The notes beneath the pieces are model-generated. The model did no database searches. It was given only the letters and a program-made list of their open reading frames with translations, and had not been told where the DNA came from. A stretch of 64,000 nucleotides of DNA, from the NCBI RefSeq assembly GCF_009914755.1, contig NC_060948.1; one strand, 5' to 3'. This DNA comes from the human T2T-CHM13v2.0 reference genome, Homo sapiens. The position numbers and the translations under genes are program-made. Positions 42,718 through 56,892 of this stretch are shown here, piece by piece (the stretch's first letter is position 1; each line of letters opens with the position of its first letter).

Positions 42718-45700
42718 AATGCAATTTAATAAAATAGGATCAAATGTAATGGAATGGAATGGAAAGGAATCGAAACGAAAGGAATGGAGACAGATGGAAT
42801 GGAATGGAACAGAGAGCAATGGTATAGAATGGAATGGAATCATCTGGAATGGAATTGAATGGAATGGAATAATATGAAATGGAATGGAATGGAATGGAAT
42901 GGAATGCCCTTGAATTAAATGGACTGGAATGGAATGGACTCGAACAGAGTGGAATGGAAAGTGTTGAGATAGAATGGAATGGACTCCTTTGGAATGGTGT
43001 AGTATGCAATGCAATCGACTGGCAGGGAATCAAAAGGAATGTAATGGAATGGACTGGACTGGAATGCAATGGACTCGTATAGATTGGAAACGGAATGCAA
43101 AGGAATGGAATGGAATAGTATGGAATGGAATGGAAAGGAATGGAGTGGAATAGACTAGAGTGGAATGGAATGGACTGGAAAGCAATGGACTGGAATGGAA
43201 CTTTCTTGAATGGACTGGAATCAAACGGAATGGAATGCAATGCAATCAAATGGCATGGAATAAAATAGAATGAAAGAGAATCAAATGGAATTGAATCGAA
43301 TGGAATCGAATGGATTGGAAAGGAATAGAATGGAATGGAATGGAATTGACTCAAATGGAATGGACTAGAATGGAATGGATTCGAATGGAAGGCAAAGGAA
43401 TGGAATCTATTGGAATGGACTGTAATGGAATGGAATGGAAGGGATTGGAATGGACTCGAATGGAATGGACTGCAATAGAAAGGATTCGAATGGAATGAAA
43501 AAGAATTGAATGGAATAGAACAGAATGGAATCAAATCGAATGAAATGGAATGGAATAGAAAGGAATGGAATGAAATGGAATGGAAAGGATTCGAATGGAA
43601 TGCAATCGAATGGAATGGAATCGAACGGAATGGAATAAAATGGAAGAAAACTGGCAAGAAATGGAATCGAAATGAATGGAGTGTTATGGAACGGACTCAA
43701 AAGGAATTGAATGTAATAGAATGGAGTGGAGTGGACTCGAATATAATGGACTGGAATGGAATGAAATCACATGGAATGGGAACGAATGGAATGGAATGGA
43801 AAGGAATGGAATCGAATGGAAAGGAATCGAATGGAAGGGAATGAAATTGAATCAACAGGAATGGAAGGGAATAGAATAGACGGTAATGGAATGGACTCGA
43901 ATAGAATGGACACGAATGCTCAAATTGAATGGACTCGAATGGAATGGAAACGAAAGGAATGTCATCGAATGGAATTGAATCGATTGGAATGAAATCGCAT
44001 AGAATGGAGTGGAATCAAATGGAATTGAATCGAAAGGAAAGGAAGCCAATGGACTGAAATGAAATGGAATGGAATTGAATGGAAAGTAATGCAATGGAAT
44101 AGAATGGAACGAAATTTCACGGGATGGAATCAAACTGAATGGAATCAAATCAATGGAATCAAATCAAATGGAATGGAAAGGAATTGAATGGAGTAGATTG
44201 GATTGGATGGGATTGGAATGAAATGTACTGGAAAGGACTCGAATTTCATGAAACGGAATGGAATGAATTGGAACGGAATGGACTCGAATGGAATGGAATG
44301 TCATGGAATGGCATCAAATGGAATGGCATCAAATGGAATGGAATCGAATGCAATGGAATGCTATGGAATGGAATGGAATGCATTGGAATGGAATGTCCTC
44401 TAATGGAATGGATTCGAGTGGAATGGAATCGAATATAATGGAGGCGAATGAAATGGAATTGAAAGGAATGGGATCAAATACAATGGAATATACTGGAATG
44501 TAATGTAATGAACTCGAATGTAATTGACTGGAATGGAATGTACATGAATGGAATGTAATCGAATGGAAAGTAATCCAATGGAATAGAATCTAATGCAATA
44601 AAATCGACTCAGATAGAGTAGAATGTAATGGAATGGAGTGCAGTGCAATGGAATGGATTGGAATGGAATGCAATGGAATGGAATGGAATGGAATGGAATG
44701 GAATGGAATGGGATGGAATGGGATGGAATGGTATGGAATGGATAGTAATGGACTGGAGTGAAATGGACTGGAAAGGAATGGACTCAAATTGAAAGGGCTC
44801 GAAAGGAATGGAGTCAAATGTAATGGTCTGGAATGGAATGAACACGAATGTAATGCAATCCAATAGAATGGAATCGAATGGCATGGAATATAAAGAAATG
44901 GAATCGAAGAGAATGGAAACAAATGGAATGGAATTGAATGGAATGGAATTGAATGGAATGGGAAGGAATGGAGTGAAATTGTATGCAGTAGAAGAGAATA
45001 GAATGGAATGCAAGCGAAAGGAAAGGAATGGATTGGAATGGAATGGAACTCATTGGAATGGAAGGGAATGTAGTGTAATGGACAGGCCTGGAATAAAGTG
45101 GAAAGCTACGGTCTCGAATGGAATAAAAATATATGGAATGGAATGCAATGAAACGGAATCGAATGTCATAGAATGTAATGGAATGCAAAAACATGGAATC
45201 CAAAATCATTGACTGGAAAGGCTGGGTGTCGAAAGGAATTGACTCCAATGGAATGGAATCGAATGGAATGGAAGTGAATAGAATCGAACTAAATCGAATG
45301 GAATGGAATTGATAGGAACGGAATGGAAAGGAATGCAATGATTTGGCATGGAATGGAATCGAATGGCATCGAATGGAATGGAATGGAATGCAATGGAATG
45401 GAATGTATTAGAATGTAATGAACTTTAATGGAATGTACTCGAATGGATTCGACTGGAATGGAATGTTCTGGAAGTGAATGGACTCCAATGGAATGGATTC
45501 AAAAGGAATGGAATCGTACGGAATGGAATCTAATGGAATGCAATTAAATGGAAATGAATCAAATTGAATAGCACGGAATTGAATTGAATGGAATGGAATG
45601 CAATGGAATCTAATGAAACGGAAAGGAAAGGAATGGAATGGAATGGAATGGGCTGGAATGGAAAGGAATCGAAACGAATGGAATGGAATCGAAGTGAAGA

Positions 45701-46286
45701 GACTGGAATGGAATGCACTGGAATGGAAGGGAGTGTAATGGAAGGTTCTCGAAAAAAATGGAATCGAATGGAATGGAATTGAATGGAACGGAATAGAGTC
45801 GAATGGAATTGAATGGAATGGAATGGACTAGAGTGAAATGGAATCGAACCACAAGGAATGGACAGGAATAGAATGGTCTCGAATTGAATGGAATCGTATG
45901 GAATGGCATCAAACGGAATGGAATGGACAGCCACGGAATGGAATGCACTCGAATGCAATGGAGTCGAAACTAATGGACTGGAATAGAATGGACTCGACTG
46001 GTACGGACTCCAATGGAATGGAATCGAATGGAAGGGAATCGAACGGAATGGACTCGAAGGGAAAAGACTGCAATGGAAAGGTCTCGAATGGAATGGAAAT
46101 TAATGGAATGGAATGGAATCGAATGAAATGGAGTCAAAAGGAATGGAATCGAATGGCAAGAAATCGAATGTAATGGAATCGCAAGGAATTGATGTGAACG
46201 GAACGGAATGGAATGGAATCCAAAGGAATGGAATAGAATGGAATGGAATCGAATGAAAAGGACTCGAATGGAAATCACTCGAATAG
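42718..46286 (+). repeat. DYZ1 unit 13 (3569 bp, subfamily A, B allele at 3' end)
   Basis: GAACTC allele; GGACTCCAATG near 46010. Confidence 0.92.
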
Positions 46287-49200
46287 AATGCAATTTAATA
46301 AAATAGGATCAAATGTAATAGAATGGAATGGAAAGGAATCGAAACGGAAGGAATGGAGACAGATGGAATGGAATGGAACAGAGAGCAATGGTATAGAATG
46401 GAATGGAATCATCTGGAATGGAATTGAATGGAATGGAATAATATGAAATGGAATGGAATGGAATGCCCTTGAATTAAATGGACTGGACTCGAACAGAGTG
46501 GAATGGAAAGTGTTGAGATAGAATGGAATGGACTCCTTTGGAATGGTGTAGTATGCAATGCAATCGACTGGCAGGGAATCAAAAGGAATGTAATCGAATG
46601 GATTGGACTGGAATGCAATGGACTCGAATAGATTGGAAACGGAATGCAAAGGATTGGAATGGAATAGTATGGAATGCAATGGAAGGGAATGGAGTGGAAT
46701 AGACTAGAGTGGAATGGAATGGACTGGAAAGCAATGGACTGGAATGGAACTTTCTTGGATGGATTGGAATCAAACGGAATGGAATGCAATGCAATCAAAT
46801 GGCATGGAATAAAATAGAATGAAAGAGAATCAAATGGAATTGAATCAAATGGAATCGAATGGATTGGAAAGGAATAGAATGGAATGGAATGGAATTGACT
46901 CAAATGGAATGGACTAGAATGGAATGGATTCGAATGGAAGGCAAAGGAATGGAATCTATTGGAATGGACTGTAATGGAATGGAATGGAAGGGATTGGAAT
47001 GGACTCGAATGGAATGGACTGCAATAGAAAGGATTCGAATGGAATGAAAAAGAATTGAATGGAATAGAACAGAATGGAATCAAATCGAATGAAATGGAAT
47101 GGAATAGAAAGGAATGGAATGAAATGGAATGGAAAGGATTCGAATGGAATGCAATCGAATGGAATGGAATCGAACGGAATGGAATAAAATGGAAGAAAAC
47201 TGGCAAGAAATGGAATCGAAATGAATGGAGTGGTATGGAACGGACTCAAAAGGAATTGAATGTAATAGAATGGAGTGGAGTGGACTCGAATATAATGGAC
47301 TGGAATGGAATGAAATCACACGGAATGGGAACGAATGGAATGGAATGGAAAGGAATGGAATTGAATGAAAAGGAATCGAATGGAAGGGAATGAAATTGAA
47401 TCAACAGGAATGGAAGGGAATAGAATAGACTGTAATGCAATGGACTCGAATAGAATGGACACGAATGCTCAAATTAAATGGACTCGAATGGAATGGAAAC
47501 GAAAGGAATGTCATCGAATGGAATTGAATCGATTGGAATGAAATCGCATAGAATGGAGTGGAATCAAATGGAATTGAATCGAAAGGAAAGGAAGCGAATG
47601 GACTGAAATGAAATGGAATGGAATTGAATGGAAAGTAATGCAATGGAATAGAATGGAACGAAATTTCACGGAATGGAATCAAACTGAATGGAATCAAATC
47701 AATGGAATCAAATCAAATGGAATGGAAAGGAATTGAATGGAGTAGATGGGATTGGATGGGATTGGAATGAAATGTACTGGAAAGGACTCGAATTTCATGA
47801 AACGGAATGGAATGAATTGGAACGGAATGGACTCGAATGGAATGGAATGTCATGGGATGGCATCAAATGGAATGGCATCAAATGGAATGGAATCGAATGC
47901 AATGGAATGCTATGGAATGGAATGGAATGCATTGGAATGGAATGTCCTCTAATGGAATGGATTCGAGTGGAATGGAATTGAATATAATGGAGTCGAATGA
48001 AATGGAATTGAAAGGAATGGGATCGAATACAATGGAATATACTGGAATGTAACGTAATGAACTCGAATGTAATTGACTGGAATGGAATGTACATGAATGG
48101 AATGTAATCGAATGGAAAGTAATCCAATGGAATAGAATCTAATGCAATAAAATCGACTCAGATAGAGTAGAATGTAATGGAATGGAGTGCAGTGCAATAG
48201 AATGGAATGCAATGGAATGGAATGGAATGGAATGGAATGGAATGGAATGGAATGGAATGGGATGGAATGGTATGGAATGGATAGTAATGGACTGGAGTGA
48301 AATGGACTGGAAAGGAATGGACTCAAATTGAAAGGTCTCGAAAGGAATGGAGTCAAATGGAATGGTCTGGAATGGAATGAACACGAATGTAATGCAACCC
48401 AATAGAATGGAATCGAATGGCATGGAATATAAAGAAATGGAATCGAAGAGAATGGAAACAAATGGAATGGAATTGAATGGAATGGAATTGAATGGAATGG
48501 GAACGAATGGAGTGAAATTGTATGCAGTAGAAGAGAATAGAATGGAATGCAAGCGAAAGGAAAGGAATGGATTGGAATGGAATGGAATTCATTGGAATGG
48601 AAGGGAATGTAGTGTAATGGACAGGCCTGGAATAAAGTGGAATGCTACGGTCTCGAATGGAATAAAAATGTATGGAATGGAATGCAATGAAACGGAATCG
48701 AATGTCATAGAATGTAATGGAATGCAAAAAAATGGAATCCAAAATCATTGACTGGAAAGGCTGGGTGTCGAAAGGAATTGACTCCAATGGAATGGAATCG
48801 AATGGAATGGAAGTGAATAGAATCGAACTAAATCGAATGGAATGGAATTGATAGGAACGGAATGGAAAGGAATGCAATGATTTGGCATGGAATGGAATCG
48901 AATGGCATCGAATGGAATGGAATGGAATGCAATGGAATGGAATGTATTAGAATGTAATGAACTTTAATGGAATGTACTCGAATGGATTCGACTGGAATGG
49001 AATGTTCTGGAAGTGAATGGACTCCAATGGAATGGATTCAAAAGGAATGGAATCGTACGGAATGGAATCTAATGGAATGGAATTAAATGGAAATGAATCA
49101 AATTGAATAGCACGGAATTGAATTGAATGGAATGGAATGCAATGGAATCTAATGAAACGGAAAGGAAAGGAATGGAATGGAATGGAATGGGCTGGAATGG

Positions 49201-49840
49201 AAAGGAATCGAAACGAATGGAATGGAATCGAAGTGAAGAGACTGGAATGGAATGCACTGGAATGGAAGGGAGTGTAATGGAAGGTTCTCGAAAAAAATGG
49301 AATCGAATGGAATGGAATTGAATGGAACGGAATAGAGTCGAATGGAATTGAATGGAATGGAATGGACTAGAGTGAAATGGAATCGAACCACAAGGAATGG
49401 ACAGGAATAGAATGGTCTCGAATTGAATGGAATCGTATGGAATGGCATCAAACGGAATGGAATGGACAGCCACGGAATGGAATGCACTCGAATGCAATGG
49501 AGTCGAAACTAATGGACTGGAATAGAATGGACTCGACTGGTACGGACTCCAATGGAATGGAATCGAATGGAAGGGAATCGAACGGAAGGGAAACGAACGG
49601 AATGGACTCGAAGGGAAAAGACTGCAATGGAAAGGTCTCGAATGGAATGGAAATTAATGGAATGGAATAGAATCGAATGAAATGGAGTCAAAAGGAATGG
49701 AATCGAATGGCAAGAAATCGAATGTAATGGAATCGCCAGGAATTGATGTGAACGGAACGGAATGGAATGGAATCCAAAGGAATGGAATAGAATGGAATGG
49801 AATCGAATGGAAAGGACTCGAATGGAAATCACTCGAATAG
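46287..49840 (+). repeat. DYZ1 unit 14 (3554 bp, subfamily B)
   Basis: GAATTC at 48585-48590; three 10-bp losses and a 15-bp duplication near 49585. Confidence 0.92.
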
Positions 49841-52800
49841 AATGCAATTTAATAAAATAGGATCAAATGTAATGGAATGGAATGGAAAGGAATCGAAACG
49901 AAAGGAATGGAGACAGATGGAATGGAATGGAACAGAGAGCAATGGTATAGAATGGAATGGAATCATCTGGAATGGAATTGAATGGAATGGAATAATATGA
50001 AATGGAATGGAATGGAATGGAATGGAATGCCCTTGAATTAAATGGACTAGAATGGAATGGACTCCAACAGAGTGGAATGGAAAGTGTGGAGATAGAATGG
50101 AATGAACTCCTTTGGAATGGTGTAGTATGCAATGCAATCGACTGGCAGGGAATCAAAAGGTATGTAATCGAATGGATTGGACTGGAATGCAAAGGACACG
50201 AATAGATTGGAAACGGAATGCAAAGGAATGGAATGGAATAGTATGGAATGCAATGGAAGGGAATGGATTGGAATAGACTAGAGTGGAATGGAATGGACTG
50301 GAAAGCAATGGACTGGAATGGAACTTTCTTGGATGGACTGGAATCAAACGGAATGGAATGCAGTGTAATCAAATGGCATGGAATAAAATAGAATGAAAGA
50401 GAATCAAATGGAATTGAATCGAATGGAATCGAATGGATTGGAAAGGAATAGAATGGAATGGAATGGAATTGACTCAAATGGAATGGACTAGAATGGAATG
50501 GATTCGAATGGAAGGCAAAGGAATGGAATCTATTGGAATGGACTGTAATGGAATGGAATGGAAGGGATTGGAATGGACTCGAATGGAATGGACTGCAATA
50601 GAAAGGATTCGAATGGAATGAAAAAGAATTGAATGGAATAGAACAGAATGGAATCAAATCGAATGAAATGGAATGGAATAGAAAGGAATGGAATGAAATG
50701 GAATGGAAAGGATTCGAATGGAATGCAATCGAATGGAATGGAATCGAACGGAATGGAATAAAATGGAAGAAAACTGGCAAGAAATGGAATCGAAATGAAT
50801 GGAGTGTTATGGAACGGACTCAAAAGGAATTGAATGTAATAGAATGGAGTGGAGTGGACTCGAATATAATGGACTGGAATGGAATGAAATCACATGGAAT
50901 GGGAACGAATGGAATGGAATGGAAAGGAATGGAATCGAATGGAAAGGAATCGAATGGAAGGGAATGAAATTGAATCAACAGGAATGGAAGGGAATAGAAT
51001 AGACGGTAATGGAATGGACTCGAATAGAATGGACACGAATGCTCAAATTGAATGGACTCGAATGGAATGGAAACGAAAGGAATGTCATCGAATGGAATTG
51101 AATCGATTGGAATGAAATCGCATAGAATGGAGTGGAATCAAATGGAATTGAATCGAAAGGAATGGAAGCGAATGGACTCAAATGAAATGGAATGGAATTG
51201 AATGGAAAGTAATGCAATGGAATAGAATGGAACGAAATTTCACGGAATGGAATCAAACTGAATGGAATCAAATCAATGGAATCAAATCAAATGGAATGGA
51301 AAGGAATTGAATGGAGTAGATTGGATTGGATGGGATTGGAATGAAATGTACTGGAAAGGACTCGAATTTCATGAAACGGAATGGAATGAATTGGAACGGA
51401 ATGGACTCGAATGGAATGGAATGTCAAGGAATGGCATCAAATGGAATGTCATCAAATGGAATGGAATGGAATGCTATGGAATGGAATGGAATGCATTGGA
51501 ATGGAATGTCCTCTAATGGAATGGATTCGAGTGGAATGGAATCGAATACACTGGAGTCGAATGAAATGGAATTGAAAGGAGTGGGATCGAATACAATGGA
51601 ATATACTGGAATGTAATGTAATGAACTCGAATGTAATTGACTGGAATGGAATGTACATGAATGGAATGTAATCGATTGGAAAGTAATCCAATGGAATAGA
51701 ATCTAATGCAATAAAATCGACTCAGATAGAGTAGAATGTAATGGAATGGAGTGCAGTGCAATGGAATGGAATGGAATGGAATGCAATGGAATGGAATGGA
51801 ATGGAATGGGATGGAATGGTATGGAATGGACAGTAATGGACTGGAGTGAAATGGACTGGAAAGGAATGGACTCAAATTGAAAGGGCTCGAAAGGAATGGA
51901 GTCAAATGGAATGGTCTGGAATGGAATGAACACGAATGTAATGCAATCCAATAGAATGGAATCGAATGGCATGGAATATAAAGAAATGGAATCGAAGAGA
52001 ATGGAAACAAATGGAATGGAATTGAATGGAATGGGAACGAATGGAGTGAAATTGTATGCAGTAGAAGAGAATAGAATGGAATGCAAGCGAAAGGAAAGGA
52101 ATGGATTGGAATGGAATGGAATTCATTGGAATGGAGGGGAATGTAGTGTAATGGACAGGCCTGGAATAAAGTGGAATGCTACGGTCTCGAATGGAATAAA
52201 AATGTATGGAATGGAAAGCAATGAAACGGAATCGAATGTCATAGAATGTAATGGAATGCAAAAAAATGGAATCCAAAATCATTGACTGGAAAGGCTGGGT
52301 GTCGAAAGGAATTGACTCCAATGGAATGGAATCGAATGGAATGGAAGTGAATAGAATCGAACTAAATCGAATGGAATGGAATTGATAGGAACGGAATGGA
52401 AAGGAATGCAATGATTTGGCATGGAATGCAATCGAATGGCATCGAATGGAATGGAATGGAATGCAATGGAATGGAATGTATTAGAATGTAATGAACTTTA
52501 ATGGAATGTACTCGAATGGATTCGACTGGAATGGAATGTTCTGGAAGTGAATGGACTCCAATGGAATGGATTCAAAAGGAATGGAATCGTACGGAATGGA
52601 ATCTAATGGAATGGAATTAAATGGAAATGAATCAAATTGAATAGCACGGAATTGAATTGAATGGAATGGAATGCAATGGAATCTAATGAAACGGAAAGGA
52701 ATGGAATGGAATGGAATGGAATGGGCTGGAATGGAAAGGAATCGAAACGAATGGAATGGAATCGAAGTGAAGAGACTGGAATGGAATGCACTGGAATGGA

Positions 52801-53374
52801 AGGGAGTGTAATGGAAGGTTCTCGAAAAAAATGGAATCGAATGGAATGGAATTGAATGGAACGGAATAGAGTCGAATGGAATTGAATGGAATGGAATGGA
52901 CTAGAGTGAAATGGAATCGAACCACAAGGAATGGACAGGAATAGAATGGTCTCGAATTGAATGGAATCGTATGGAATGACATCAAACGGAATGGAATGGA
53001 CAGCCACGGAATGGAATGCACTCGAATGCAATGGAGTCGAAACAAATGGACTGGAATAGAATGGACTCGACTGGTACGGACTCCAATGGAATGGAATCGA
53101 ATGGAAGGGAATCGAACGGAAGGGAATCGAACGGAATGGACTCGAAGGGAAAAGACTGCAATGGAAAGGTCTCGAATGGAATGGAAATTAATGGAATGGA
53201 ATGGAATCGAATGAAATGGAGTCAAAAGGAATGGAATCGAATGGCAAGAAATCGAATGTAATGGAATCGCAAGGAATTGATGTGAACGGAACGGAATGGA
53301 ATGGAATCCAAAGGAATGGAATAGAATGGAATGGAATCGAATGGAAAGGACTCGAATGGAAATCACTCGAATAG
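49841..53374 (+). repeat. DYZ1 unit 15 (3534 bp, subfamily B)
   Basis: GAATTC at 52119-52124; indels of -10, -25, -15 and +15. Confidence 0.92.
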
Positions 53375-56300
53375 AATGCAATTTAATAAAATAGGATCAA
53401 ATGTAATGGAATGGAATGGAAAGCAATCGAAACGAAAGGAATGGAGACAGATGGAATGGAATAGAACAGAGAGCAATGGTATAGAATGGAATGGAATCAT
53501 CTGGAATGGAATTGAATGGAATGGAATAATATGAAATGGAATGGAATGGAATGGAATGGAATGCCCTTGAATTAAATGGACTGGAATGGAATGGACTCGA
53601 ACAGAGTGGAATGGAAAGTGTTGAGATAGAATGGAATGGACTCCTTTGGAATGGTGTAGTATGCAATGCAATCGACTGGCAGGGAATCAAAAGGAATGTA
53701 ATCGAATGGATTGGACTGGAATGCAATGGACTCGAATAGATTGCAAACGGAATGCAAAGGAATGGAATGGAATAGTATGGAATGGAATGGAAAGGAATGG
53801 AGTGGAATAGACTAGAGTGGAATGGAATGGACTGGAAAGCAATGGACTGGAATGGAACTTTCTTGAATGGACTGGAATCAAACGGAATGGAATGCAATGC
53901 AATCAAATGGCATGGAATAAAATAGAATGAAAGAGAATCAAATGGAATTGAATCGAATGGAATCGAATGGATTGGAAAGAATAGAATGGAATGGAATGGA
54001 ATGGACTAGAATGGAATGGATTCGAATGGAAGGCAAAGGAATGGAATCTATTGGAATGGACTGTAATGGAATGGAATGGAAGGGATTGGAATGGACTCGA
54101 ATGGAATGGACTGCAATAGAAAGGATTCGAATGGAATGAAAAAGAATTGAATGGAATAGAACAGAATGGAATCAAATCGAATGAAATGGAATGGAATAGA
54201 AAGGAATGGAATGAAATGGAATGGAAAGGATTCGAATGGAATGCAATCGAATGGAATGGAATCGAACGGAATGGAATAAAATGGAAGAAAACTGGCAAGA
54301 AATGGAATCGAAATGAATGGAGTGTTATGGAACGGACTCAAAAGGAATTGAATGTAATAGAATGGAGTGGAGTGGACTCGAATATAATGGACTGGAATGG
54401 AATGAAATCACATGGAATGGGAACGAATGGAATGGAATGGAAAGGAATGGAATCGAATGGAAAGGAATCGAATGGAAGGGAATGAAATTGAATCAACAGG
54501 AATGGAAGGGAATAGAATAGACGGTAATGGAATGGACTCGAATAGAATGGACACGAATGCTCAAATTGAATGGACTCGAATGGAATGGAAACGAAAGGAA
54601 TGTCATCGAATGGAATTGAATCGATTGGAATGAAATCGCATAGAATGGAGTGGAATCAAATGGAATTGAATCGAAAGGAATGGAAGCGAATGGACTCAAA
54701 TGAAATGGAATGGAATTGAATGGAAAGTAATGCAATGGAATAGAATGGAACGAAATTTCACGGAATGGAATCAAACTGAATGGAATCAAATCAATGGAAT
54801 CAAATCAAATGGAATGGAAAGGAATTGAATGGAGTAGATTGGATTGGATGGGATTGGAATGAAATGTACTGGAAAGGACTCGAATTTCATGAAACGGAAT
54901 GGAATGAATTGGAACGGAATGGACTCGAATGGAATGGAATGTCAAGGAATGGCATCAAATGGAATGTCATCAAATGGAATGGAATGGAATGCTATGGAAT
55001 GGAATGGAATGCATTGGAATGGAATGTCCTCTAATGGAATGGATTCGAGTGGAATGGAATCGAATACACTGGAGTCGAATGAAATGGAATTGAAAGGAGT
55101 GGGATCGAATACAATGGAATATACTGGAATGTAATGTAATGAACTCGAATGTAATTGACTGGAATGGAATGTACATGAATGGAATGTAATCGATTGGAAA
55201 GTAATCCAATGGAATAGAATCTAATGCAATAAAATCGACTCAGATAGAGTAGAATGTAATGGAATGGAGTGCAGTGCAATGGAATGGAATGGAATGGAAT
55301 GCAATGGAATGGAATGGAATGGAATGGGATGGAATGGTATGGAATGGACAGTAATGGACTGGAGTGAAATGGACTGGAAAGGAATGGACTCAAATTGAAA
55401 GGGCTCGAAAGGAATGGAGTCAAATGGAATGGTCTGGAATGGAATGAACACGAATGTAATGCAATCCAATAGAATGGAATCGAATGGCATGGAATATAAA
55501 GAAATGGAATCGAAGAGAATGGAAACAAATGGAATGGAATTGAATGGAATGGGAACGAATGGAGTGAAATTGTATGCAGTAGAAGAGAATAGAATGGAAT
55601 GCAAGCGAAAGGAAAGGAATGGATTGGAATGGAATGGAATTCATTGGAATGGAGGGGAATGTAGTGTAATGGACAGGCCTGGAATAAAGTGGAATGCTAC
55701 GGTCTCGAATGGAATAAAAATGTATGGAATGGAAAGCAATGAAACGGAATCGAATGTCATAGAATGTAATGGAATGCAAAAAAATGGAATCCAAAATCAT
55801 TGACTGGAAAGGCTGGGTGTCGAAAGGAATTGACTCCAATGGAATGGAATCGAATGGAATGGAAGTGAATAGAATCGAACTAAATCGAATGGAATGGAAT
55901 TGATAGGAACGGAATGGAAAGGAATGCAATGATTTGGCATGGAATGCAATCGAATGGCATCGAATGGAATGGAATGGAATGCAATGGAATGGAATGTATT
56001 AGAATGTAATGAACTTTAATGGAATGTACTCGAATGGATTCGACTGGAATGGAATGTTCTGGAAGTGAATGGACTCCAATGGAATGGATTCAAAAGGAAT
56101 GGAATCGTACGGAATGGAATCTAATGGAATGGAATTAAATGGAAATGAATCAAATTGAATAGCACGGAATGGAATTGAATGGAATGGAATGCAATGGAAT
56201 CTAATGAAACGGAAAGGAATGGAATGGAATGGAATGGAATGGGCTGGAATGGAAAGGAATCGAAACGAATGGAATGGAATCGAAGTGAAGAGACTGGAAT

Positions 56301-56892
56301 GGAATGCACTGGAATGGAAGGGAGTGTAATGGAAGGTTCTCGAAAAAAATGGAATCGAATGGAATGGAATTGAATGGAACGGAATAGAGTCGAATGGAAT
56401 TGAATGGAATGGAATGGACTAGAGTGAAATGGAATCGAACCACAAGGAATGGACAGGAATAGAATGGTCTCGAATTGAATGGAATCGTATGGAATGACAT
56501 CAAACGGAATGGAATGGACAGCCACGGAATGGAATGCACTCGAATGCAATGGAGTAGAAACAAATGGACTGGAATAGAATGGACTCGACTGGTACGGACT
56601 CCAATGGAATGGAATCGAATGGAAGGGAATCGAACGGAAGGGAATCGAACGGAATGGACTCGAAGGGAAAAGACTGCAATGGAAAGGCCTCGAATGGAAT
56701 GGAAATTAATGGAATGGAATGGAATCGAATGAAATGGAGTCAAAAGGAATGGAATCGAATGGCAAGAAATCGAATGTAATGGAATCGCAAGGAATTGATG
56801 TGAACGGAACGGAATGGAATGGAATCCAAAGGAATGGAATAGAATGGAATGGAATCGAATGGAAAGGACTCGAATGGAAATCACTCGAATAG
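53375..56892 (+). repeat. DYZ1 unit 16 (3518 bp, subfamily B)
   Basis: GAATTC at 55637-55642; indels as in unit 15 plus -16 near 53980-54000; extra GGCC at 56686-56689. Confidence 0.92.
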
